This document shows positions 1-9,439 of a stretch of DNA of 64,000 bases, piece by piece. The stretch's first letter is position 1; each line of letters starts with the position of its first letter. Below the pieces are notes generated by a model. It made no database searches and had not been told where the DNA came from. It saw only the letters and a list, made by a program, of their open reading frames with translations. Source of the stretch: Octopus vulgaris (lineage: Eukaryota); assembly GCA_951406725.2 (NCBI GenBank), contig OX597819.1, forward strand, positions 126,356,001-126,420,000, read 5' to 3'. Made by a program: the position numbers and the translations under genes.

Positions 1-197
1 ATATATATATATATATGTATACTATATATGTACATATATGTGTGCATGTATGTGTGGTTGTGTGTATAGGTATATATGTATATATACATATATATGTACA
101 TGTATGTGTGTATACATGCGTATATATATATGTAGATATACATACAGACATATATATATATATGTATGTATGTATATAAACATATATATGTGTATGC

Positions 198-277
<80 letters not shown>

Positions 278-288
278 GTGTATATATA
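1..288. repeat. (TA)n/(TG)n compound microsatellite
   Basis: Directly visible dinucleotide repeats; explains ORF 38..289. Confidence 0.95.
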
Positions 289-843
289 ATCATGGATTTA
301 TATAGATAACACCATACAAAATTCTGGTGCATCTAACTTAAGTACCATATTCAGTTGAATCTAAATTTTGCTGAACCTATATATATATACAGATGGATAG
401 ACGGATATATAGATAGATAAATAGATAGATAAAGAGATAAATAGATAGATATATAGGGACGTAGACAGGTAGATATATAAATAAATAGAAGGAGGGACAC
501 ACAGATGGACAGACAATAAAGAAAGATATGTACATATATATATATATATAAACGTCTATTAGTGTGTTGCGTTCCGTTACTTGGTAACAGAAAAAATGCA
601 TTGTAAACAATCAGCAGATTAAAAACGTATAAAACACAAAGGCTCCCTAATTCTTCACCAGAATGGAAATACTCAGTTTCGCGCCCTTCATGACAAGAAT
701 GATGGGCTTCCAATTCCGGCGATGCCTGCGAAAAAAATAGCGAATCGAGGTGTAACCAAACAAATCAAAACAACACAGAGCAGACTTACGAAAGTAAAAA
801 AAAAAATATGTAATTTAAGACGATGAGCAAAGAAAGAAAGACT

Positions 844-886
<43 letters not shown>

Positions 887-892
<6 letters not shown>

Positions 893-1190
893 AATCACGT
901 GACCGACCAGACCTTCAGATGTTTTACACATCGCTGGTCACAATGCGTTCGCATTGTTTTAGCCTTTGAATGACGCCACCCCGCTGGCTAAGCGAGCAGG
1001 CCAACAGAAGAAAGAGTGGGAGAAAGAGTGGTGAAAGAGTACAGCAGGGATCACCACCCCCTGCCGGAGCCTCGTGGAGCTTTTAGGTGTTTTCGCTCAA
1101 TAAACACTCACAACGCCTGGTCTGGGAATCGAAACCGCGATCCTACGACCGCGAGTCCGCTGCCCTAACCACTAGGCCATTGCGCCTCCA
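887..1190 (-). mobile_element. tRNA(Arg)-derived SINE, OR1/OR2-like head, tail type 1
   Basis: Minus strand begins GGAGGCGCAATGGCCTAGTGGTTAGGGCAGCGGACTCGCGGTC (A box TGGCCTAGTGG, TCG anticodon-like loop, B box GGTTTCGATTCC). Head is shared with copies at 43271, 44095, 44645 and 53631; tail ends in TCACGTGA-type repeats. Confidence 0.85.
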
Positions 1191-1318
1191 CACACACATA
1201 TATATATATATATATGTGTGTGTGCGTGTGTGTGCGTTTGTGCGCGTGTGTGTGTGCGTGCGTGTGTTTGTGTGTGTGTGTGCACACACATACACACAAA
1301 CACATACACACAAACACG

Positions 1319-1350
<32 letters not shown>

Positions 1351-1460
1351 GGGACAGTTTACGAAAACAACAAAAGACGAAGACAGGTAGTGTACAAAAC
1401 AAACAGATGTATTAGTATAACTCTCAGGAATAGAAAAGGTCTTTTACGTTTCGAGCCTAA
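1351..1460 (-). mobile_element. (TA)n-embedded Penelope-like terminal repeat, family H1 (hammerhead truncated)
   Basis: Reverse complement of the element at 6386-6549; retains only GGCTCGAAACGTAAAAG of the ribozyme. Confidence 0.7.
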
Positions 1461-1492
1461 TATATATAGATCTAGATAGCGTTTTTCCGATG

Positions 1493-1562
1493 GCCAGATA
1501 GCTGAATGGATGGTGGTGTGGATTTCCACCTCGGCATCCGAAACTCAGAGTTTTATCTTGGC
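1493..1562 (+). ncRNA. Type I hammerhead ribozyme-like motif with defective core
   Basis: GCCAGATAG-CTGAA(--)T-GGATG...CATCC-GAAA-CTCAGAG-TT-TTATCTTGGC. Stems I, II and III are present; the core lacks G8-A9 of CUGANGA. Confidence 0.6.
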
Positions 1563-1619
1563 TACCGTATAATTGTCACATATTACATTTACAGATATAT
1601 ATATATATATATATATATT

Positions 1620-1820
1620 ACGGAGATGTACTTGCATAGCAAGTGACCTGATCTGAGATCGTGTGCTGGAACGAAAACAATTGCAACGTAGAAGGTGTTT
1701 ATAAGCCATTTAAGAAACACACAAAATCCGTTAGATTCACTTCAACATTTAAATTTAATTTGTCAAAATATTTTTGTCGCTTTAAGACCGCGACCTGTTC
1801 ACTGACAAAATTCCGTGCTG
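1620..1820. mobile_element. (TA)n-associated short repeat, family H4
   Basis: Homologous to both arms of the fold-back at 52739-53086 (TACTTGCATAGCAAGTGACCTGAT...TGTTCACTGACAA). Confidence 0.7.
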
Positions 1821-1821
1821 C

Positions 1822-2282
1822 ATAAGGGTACACCAAGCACATGCATCACAACCATATGTGTGCGACATGGTGATCTCACATCAAGATAAACAGCTCATGA
1901 ACTTGCATGTGGGCCCTGTTAGAATTTTCTTCAGGTTGAGTAGCCTATCCGGCTGAAAAGCTCCCTGAATAAGGGTTGTTTAAGGATGTTAAACAAAAGA
2001 TCCAAAATATTCCAAAGGTGAACTATGCAAACCCCAAAGAATTCCTCTCAACATATGGCTATGATGCTCCCCCACAATTTCTGCTCGTGATCAGAGATGC
2101 ACATATCGTCAGCCACTAAGGGACATGCTTAATCGGCTAGGGTCAAGCAAGTGACAAACAAATCTGTGGTATTGAGCAGAATATTTGCTGTAGCCCATCT
2201 TTTATACCAAGACAAAACAACGTACATGATAACACTTCCAATCAGTTAGGATCAATATCCATGAGAGCCACTGCCTGGTATC
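1822..2282 (-). mobile_element. ~550-bp non-coding element ending in (AAT)n; putative R4/Dong-mobilised non-autonomous retroposon
   Basis: Homologous to 12118-12572, 25697-25920, 33348-33570 and 47268-47727; a separate 3' end fragment lies at 2445-2500. Confidence 0.75.
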
Positions 2283-2367
2283 CGAGCTAGGTAGCAAACA
2301 GCCTCTTTTGCTAACAATCCTAGGGTACTTATGACAATAGGTGCTGTTTTAGTCTTGAGGTTCCATA
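2279..2367 (-). mobile_element. R4/Dong-clade LINE fragment (C-terminus of RLE endonuclease region)
   Basis: Translates to WNLKTKTAPIVISTLGLLAKEAVCYLARIPG, matching the MW.L.....PIVIGALG...K.......IPG pattern of R4/Dong ORF C-termini; adjoins (TAA)n. Confidence 0.65.
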
Positions 2368-2388
2368 TTATTATTATTATTATTATCC

Positions 2389-2444
<56 letters not shown>

Positions 2445-2995
2445 GAGTGAAAGAGCAGTGCATGCCACCAAAGTGACACTGAGGTAAAATATCCGAAGCG
2501 TTTGTAAAGTCACATGCAACAAGCTAACGTCGTAATTAATATTTGCATAATATTTGTCATTCCTCGGCACGTTGTTATTTTCAATTGCAATTTTGAATGT
2601 TCTGCATTAAGTACGTTCTCTTCTTTGCGCCGCATAGAGAAATTCTTACTCTTGGTAACATGGTAAACCTGGAAGCATCACACTCCTGCATATCAAATTA
2701 CACTCGCTCACTCACCCCCTCTCTTTGTTTCTCTCTCATCCTTTTCTACTGTTACTGCACCTCCGATACAATTACAACCCATAATTCACCACCTCTGTCT
2801 TCATCTCCTTTCCTTATTTCTTTATCTTCACCTGATCTTTATCTTCCTATTTCTAGTGCTGCGACCGCCATCTCGTTCATTTCAATGTAGAGCTTGAAAT
2901 ATGGAGAACTTCTCATTGTCTGATGTTTTGAAAAGATTACAATCTCCGCCCCCAGTAGACTTAAAATCCTCTTCATATTATACATCTACAAATGA

Positions 2996-3275
2996 GACTC
3001 TCTCTCTGTCTCTCACACACACCTTCTCTCTCTCTATCTTTCTCTCTCTCTCTCTCTCTCTCATACTTTCTCTCTCTCACACTTTCTCTCTCTCTCTCAC
3101 ACACTTTCTCTCTCTCTCACTTTCTCTCTCACTCTCACTTTCCCTCTCTCTCTCTCTCACTTTCTCTCTCTCTCTCACTTTTTCTTTCTATCTCTCTCAC
3201 ACTCACTTTCTTTCTCTCTCACACTTTCTCTTTCTCTCTCTCTCTCCCTCTCTCTCTCACTTTCTCTCTCTCTCT
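2996..3275. repeat. (CT)n-rich low-complexity tract
   Basis: Directly visible. Confidence 0.9.
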
Positions 3276-3364
3276 AGATTCCTATATGTGTGTATCTGTG
3301 TGTTTGTGTATATATTCGAACATGTATGTCTCTGTCTGTCTATCGTCTCACTATCTCTGTCTGT

Positions 3365-3404
<40 letters not shown>

Positions 3405-3649
3405 ATGCATGTGAGCATGTGCGGGAAGAGAGGAAGTGAGAGGTGAGAGAATATATAAAATATTGACCACCAGCGTGATCATAGAGATTTTTAAGTGTCT
3501 TGGTCACGCTAACGATGACATGCTTATGTAGATTTAACTTATATGACACATCTATAATTAATTAAGAATTAAACAGCACTGGTAATATATTTATTGCAAC
3601 TATGCAATTAATAAATAAAATGTATTGAATTCTAAATAATTTAATAAAT

Positions 3650-4062
3650 ATTGGTTTCAAGTTTTGGCACAAACCAACAGATTCTGGGGAGTGGGTAAGT
3701 CGATTGCAATGACCCCAGTGTTTAACTGGTACTTATTTTATCGACCTCGAAAGGATGAAAAGTAAAAACTGCGGGAGTCACTTCGAAAAGCTCTATCTAC
3801 GACGATTTCATTTCAATCGAAGGAGAGGGGCTTTCTCCGTACGGGTTGCGGATCCGTGGAATAAGCTGTCGGACGATATAGTGAAGATGCCGACGACCGC
3901 TCGGTTCAAAGTCTCTCTTGACCAGAAATAGCCTGAACTCTTTGCATGAACACCCTCCCTGTACATAACTCCCTGTCCCCCTACATGACCTTGCTTTTGC
4001 TTTTTGAGCCAATAAAAATTGAATTGAAAAACAAAACGACTCGGTGGAATTTGTACTCAGAA
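3650..4062 (-). mobile_element. Older Meta-domain SINE split by a CR1 insertion
   Basis: ACTGGTACTTATTTTATCGACCTCGAAAGGATGAAAAG at 3726-3762 resumes after the LINE as CGACTCGGTGGAATTTGTACTCAGAA at ~4037-4062. Confidence 0.65.
3768..4030 (+). mobile_element. CR1-clade LINE 3' end (ORF2 C-terminus plus 3' UTR)
   Basis: Translates to EKLYLRRFHFNRRRGAFSVRVADPWNKLSDDIVKMPTTARFKVSLDQK*, the CR1 ORF2 terminal pattern R..FFS.RV...WN.LP..V.......FK..LD. Followed by AATAAA and an (ATTGA)n tail. Confidence 0.85.
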
Positions 4063-4130
4063 AGTAAAGTAAGAAGAAATGCTGTTGACCATTTATTGTG
4101 ACTTTACTTTCTGAAAATAAAGAATGTACT

Positions 4131-4237
4131 TTCATATTTTCGGCAATACTTCAACTAAAATAGGAACGATACAGAAAAGTTAGCATGGCCCCTGCACATG
4201 GATGACACACAAGTTGATTAAGCATTCCAATATTTTT
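4131..4237 (+). pseudogene. U6: U6 snRNA pseudogene, near full length
   Basis: TTCGGCAATACTTCAACTAAAATAGGAACGATACAGAAAAGTTAGCATGGCCCCTGCACATGGATGACACACAAGTTGATTAAGCATTCCAATATTTTT aligns along its length with metazoan U6. The ACAGAGA box is mutated to ACAGAAA and there are many substitutions. Confidence 0.9.
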
Positions 4238-4242
4238 CATAA

Positions 4243-4890
4243 ACGCAGGCGAGGCTGTGCGATATAAAACTTGCTTCCCATCCAGATGGTTCCGGGCTCA
4301 GTCCCACTGTATGGCAGCTTGGGTAAGTGTCTTCTACTATATCCTCGGGCCGACCAAAGCCTTGTAAGTAGATTTGGTAGGCGGAAACTGAAAGGAACCC
4401 GTCGTATTTATGCATAGATGTATGTGTGTATGTGTGTGCTTGTCCCCTCCCCCACCGCTTGACGATATGTGACGTGTATTTAAGGCAGCGAGCTGGCAGA
4501 ACCGTTAGCACGCCGGGCGAAATGCGTAGCCATATTTCGTCTGCCGTTACGTTCTGAGTTCAAATTCCGCCGAGGTCGACTTTGTCTTTCATCCTTTTTG
4601 GAATCGATAAATTAAGTACCAGTTTAGCACTGGGGTCGATATAATCGACTTAATCCGTTTCTCTGTCCTTTTTTGTCCTCTCTGTGTTTAGCCCCATGTG
4701 GGTAGTAAAAAAATTGATACGTGATGTGTTTACGTCCCCGTAACTTAACGGTTCGGCAAAAGAGACCGAAGGATATGTACCAAGCTTAAAAACAAAAGTA
4801 CTGGGTTCGTTACGTACGGTTAAAATTCTTCAGGGCGCTGCCCCAGCATGGCCGCGGTCTAATGACTAAAACAGTAAAAGATAAAAGATA
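4243..4890 (+). mobile_element. SINE family B (tRNA-like head, CCTTGGGCAAGTGTCTT core, (GTAAAAGA)n tail) hosting a nested SINE
   Basis: Matches intact copies at 45400 and 55660; interrupted at ~4482-4715. Confidence 0.85.
4482..4715 (+). mobile_element. Meta-domain tRNA-derived SINE (family A), nested
   Basis: GGCAGCGAGCTGGCAGAACCGTTAGC...GAGTTCAAATTCC...GTCGACTTTGTCTTTCATCCTTT; imperfect TSD GATATGTGACGTGTATTTA / GATACGTGATGTGTTTA. Confidence 0.9.
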
Positions 4891-5026
4891 AATGATAAAG
4901 CATGGAACGTCGAAAGAATACTCGGTTGCTTTTGTGGCTCTTTACATTTTGACTTAAAATCCAGCCGAGGTGAAGTTTGCATTTCATCCTTCAGGATCGA
5001 TATAATAAATTATCAGGATAATGTCC

Positions 5027-5437
5027 ATACCTATTTTTTACTACCCACAAGGGGCCAAACACAGAGAGGACAAACAAGGACAGACAAACGGATTAAGTCG
5101 ATTATATCGACCCCACTGTGCAACAGGTACTTAATTTATCAACCCCGAAAGGGTGAAAGGCAAAGTCGACCTCGGCGGAATTTGAACTCAGAACGTAGCG
5201 GCGGACGAAATACCTATTTCTTTACTACCCACAAGGGGCTAAACACAGGGGGGACAAACAAGGACAGACAAACGGATTAAGTCGATTATATCGACCCCAG
5301 TGCGTAACTGGTGCTTATTTAATCGACCCCGAAAGGATGAAAGGCAAAGTCGAATTTGAACTCAGAACTTAAAGACAGACGAAATATTGCTAAGCATTTC
5401 GGCCGGCGTGCTAACGAATCTGCCAGCTCTCCGCCTT
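5027..5437 (-). mobile_element. Family A SINE partial tandem dimer
   Basis: Two consecutive copies of the CTACCCACAAGGGG...GAAATAC unit (5027-5213 and 5209-5437). Confidence 0.9.
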
Positions 5438-6117
5438 ATAGTGGTCATACCATTGGCGGCAATGTACTTAAAGCGAAAATATTTATTTTGTATACGAACT
5501 TTGAAATTGCCAAAAAAAAAAAAAGAAAAAGAAAGTTAAATTTTAATTAACATAAATGTGTAATACATGATATAACACCAAATGTATATCCCCTTCTTTA
5601 GACAGTTAGAATGGTATGCCTGCAAAAAAACAAAAAAAAAAAAACAAACTAACCGAATGAGATGCGTGTCAGTAAGCGAATGTGATGTGTGTGTGTACGT
5701 GTGTGTAAATATGGCTATACGTGTGAATGTGTGTGTAGGCGGTGGCAATGGAGTGTTCACATGGATAGTTACTGGGAATGCGATGATAAATTGACGTGTA
5801 GACGGATGATAGCTTAACAACTACCTATAAAGATAGATACATAAATAGGTAGATCCGTTCGTAAAGACAGATAGATGACACGGCTAATTAGGCAGTGTGA
5901 CACTCATTTAGACGTTCAGTTAGTGTATGTGTGTGTGTGCGTTTGTGATTGTGTGCATGTATGTGTGTATCTCTCTCTCCCTCTCTCTTCTCTCTCTCTC
6001 TCTCTCTCAATATATATATACATATATATAAATATATAAAATTAGAAAAAAAACACCTTTTATCGATTCAAAATGAACAATTAAATTACACCATCTAGAA
6101 AATTACATATAATTATA

Positions 6118-6169
<52 letters not shown>

Positions 6170-6331
6170 TAAAGGGTGAAATATAATTAATTTAATAAAA
6201 TCAATAACTTTCACCTAGTAGTATTTCGGTATGGAAAGGACCATATTCGATAAAAATTATATAATTATAATAAAGGGTTTTTTGCAACAAGTTGCTTAAA
6301 CCACATACTTGTTGCAAAAAACCCTTTAATA

Positions 6332-6385
<54 letters not shown>

Positions 6386-6388
<3 letters not shown>

Positions 6389-6545
6389 TTTCTCTCCTTG
6401 TTTCCTTGTTTTTTCTGTGTCCCTTTCTGTAGAAGAGCGTAGGCTCGAAACGTAAAAGACTTTTTCTATTCCTGAGCGATATACTAAAACATCTGTTTGT
6501 TTTGTACCCCACCTGTCTTCGTCTTTTGTTTTTTTCGTAAACTCT

Positions 6546-6549
<4 letters not shown>
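6386..6549 (+). mobile_element. (TA)n-embedded Penelope-like terminal repeat, family H1
   Basis: Near-identical to 8320-8476; flanked by (TA)n on both sides; contains a hammerhead-like motif. Confidence 0.75.
6423..6458 (+). ncRNA. Minimal type I hammerhead-like motif, variant core CUGUAGA
   Basis: CTTT-CTGTAGA-A-GAGC(GTAG)GCTC-GAAA-CG-TA-AAAG; palindromic ACGT stem III as in dimer-cleaving PLE hammerheads. Confidence 0.65.
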
Positions 6550-6604
<55 letters not shown>

Positions 6605-6608
<4 letters not shown>

Positions 6609-6822
6609 AGAGTAAGCACATAAATGTGAAACAAGGTGGGAAAATAGTACTCGAATACCAGAGATAGAGCAATATGCTTTATTAAAAAGCAACAAAAATA
6701 TCACAAAAAACAATTACTCAGAGTCTCACGTTACCGTTCGTCGGGCAGTCTTGTTTACAAACAGGAACGTGAAACTCTGAGTAACAGTGTTTGTGATATT
6801 TTTGTTGCTTGTTAATAAAGTA
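6605..6822. mobile_element. (TA)n-embedded fold-back element, family H2, with hammerhead remnants in both arms
   Basis: Inverted arms 6677-6732 and 6766-6820. Minus strand ACTGC-CCGACGA-ACG(GTAA)CGT-GAGA-CTCTGAG-TA; plus strand CGT-GAAA-CTCTGAG-TA-ACAGT. Confidence 0.7.
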
Positions 6823-7006
6823 TATATACACACACACATATATATATATATATATACATGCTCATCTGCTTTACAGATTCACAAACTTTTAGTCAACGTT
6901 CTCATGAATGGATGGATGTTCACGCAGAAATTCAAGAATATAAACATGTGCCCAAAATATTTTATACGTATAATTTTACACAGACATGGATGAGCACACA
7001 CACACA

Positions 7007-7078
<72 letters not shown>

Positions 7079-7861
7079 GGGAGAGAGATTGTCTTATTTC
7101 TAATATGGTGATAATCTTGAGTATATGGAGATTTAGAACTCACTGCAATAAATATAAGTGCAACAGTATCAACGGTTAGTCAGAACGCTTAACTGATGTA
7201 TTTTTTTCTTTGATCTGTCGTTGGTATTCATAATCAACGTGGCTACATTGCCTCTATTTATAAATTTATATATTTCCGTCTTTTATCCATTCCTTGTTTC
7301 AGTCCTTAGACTGCGGTCATGCTGGGGCAATGCCTTGAAGAAATTTTAGTTGAATGAATCGACCACAATGCTTATATTTGTAGGCATTTTAGCTTCAATA
7401 TATGAAGATGTCCCACATGTAATATATTACATCATATCAACCCCAACCGCACACACATTAGCTATTCTTCTACTTGTGACATCGCTTGCTTGGTCTTCGC
7501 GAACTAGAATATATATCGTTTATCTGACCCAGGTATCGAACTCATACCCATGATCAAACATTATTACATTTAACTCTTAACATTAAATTTAGTAACTCAT
7601 TCGACATTAGGACAATTAGGTAATAGAAACTTGAAGCTTTGAATCATTTCATGGTTACACATATAATGTTCTTTCTTAATTTTAGGTCCACTATATATTT
7701 GTATCAAAGAATAGATACAACGTTTCCTCTGCATGTAGTAAAAGGCAACCAAAACAGGTTAAAGATATGCATTCCGACTTCGTAAAACCTCTCACCAACA
7801 AAGATAACCAAATAGATAAATGGGCTGGAGGGTCGAGGACAAGGACGTATAAAACTAGTAG

Positions 7862-8078
7862 ATATATTTCTTTATTGCCCACAAGGGGCTAAACATAGAG
7901 GGGACAAACAAGGATAGAAAAAGGGATTAAGTCGATTACATCGACTCCAGTGCGAAACTGGTACTTAATTTATCGACCTCGAAAGGATGAAAGGCAAAGT
8001 CGAGCTCGGTGGAATTTGAACTCAGAACGTAGCGGCAGACGAAATACCGCTAAGCATTTCGCCCGGTGTGCTAACGTG
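7862..8078 (-). mobile_element. Family A SINE
   Basis: Matches other family A copies; head slightly truncated. Confidence 0.9.
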
Positions 8079-8284
8079 TAAAACTCATAGATAGTGATCT
8101 AGACCCTTAATAAAGGTTGATCTGGAGTAGAAAGGCCCTTCTCAGTCCCGCTTAGAGTATTTTTGGAAAGCTTGGTGATAGCAGCCAAATTTTCTTCGAA
8201 TAAAGGAATTAAACATCCGATAAAAAATCGTGAATGATCTAGGTCGGTTAAATCAGGGATGGTTTGATATAATTAATAAAAATA

Positions 8285-8472
8285 GTCGCCATGATAGATC
8301 GTTAGCCACTACACACATTTTTTTCTCTCCATGTTTTTTTCTGTGTCCCTTTCTGTAGAAGAGCGTAGGCTCGAAACATAAAAGACTTTTTCTATTCCTG
8401 AGCGTTATACCAATACATCTGTTTGTTTTGTACACCACCTGTCTTCGTCTTTTGTTTTTTTTCGTAAACTCT

Positions 8473-8476
<4 letters not shown>
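8285..8476 (+). mobile_element. Family H1 element with hammerhead-like motif at 8349-8384
   Basis: CTTT-CTGTAGA-A-GAGC(GTAG)GCTC-GAAA-CA-TA-AAAG; ends in (TA)n. Confidence 0.75.
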
Positions 8477-8521
<45 letters not shown>

Positions 8522-8527
8522 CATACA

Positions 8528-8545
8528 TTCCATCCAAGAATCATT

Positions 8546-8603
<58 letters not shown>

Positions 8604-9030
8604 GAAACGTTTTAAATATGCATATAAAAGCTCCTATGTTATTATATCAGCTACAGCCTAATTATGCCAACTGATGATACCAGTTTTGCGGGGTCACACC
8701 GAGCAGTGCCGATATAATATAGGGTAAATATAGTATTAACAATAATAATTCTTGGATGGAATTTATAAGTATTTTTATGTATCGCTACGTTCGTTTCCAC
8801 AAATTACATCTTTCTTAAGATCCGTATTCCTGGGATGATTACAGTGCAGTTCGTAGAAACCATGGACATCGAGAAGATCATGTTCATTGATTTCTTAATA
8901 TCAACCCGATGTTCATTGATATTACGCACTATGATCTTAAGAAACATGCGATTTGTGGAAACGCGCATAGCGATGCTTTAAAATATCTATAAATCCTATC
9001 CAAGGATTATTATTGTTATAACTATATATA
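8528..9030. mobile_element. (TA)n-embedded element with direct and inverted terminal copies (family H5)
   Basis: ATCCAAGRATYATTATTGTTA at ~8532-8552 and ~8998-9018, with an inverted copy at 8728-8823 pairing with 8933-9030. Confidence 0.65.
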
Positions 9031-9109
9031 TTTATATATATATATATAGTGCTACGTCCTCACATTGTTCCTTTTTCTTACTGTCTTTTTTCCGCTTTTG
9101 AATTAACTA

Positions 9110-9218
<109 letters not shown>

Positions 9219-9439
9219 GTCTCTCTATATATATATGTGTGTGTGTGTATGTGTGTGTGCATATGTTTGTCTATATGTATATGTGCGTGTGTGTATGTGT
9301 GTCGGTATAATGCATATTTATATGACTGGTTGAACAAGCCGTTAGGCGAAACTTTCACCATGAATTTCGCACTAGTATCATGATAGAGCCACACCATCAG
9401 TTCCGTTTTATACTTTTCATACTTACACATACATAAAAC

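Noticed and set aside
640-790. Minus-strand acceptor (TTTTTTTCGCAG at ~726) with a nearby GTAAGT
   Set aside because: The implied 64-nt intron has only a poly-T run upstream, the downstream peptides are unrecognisable, and it is on the opposite strand to the best exon.
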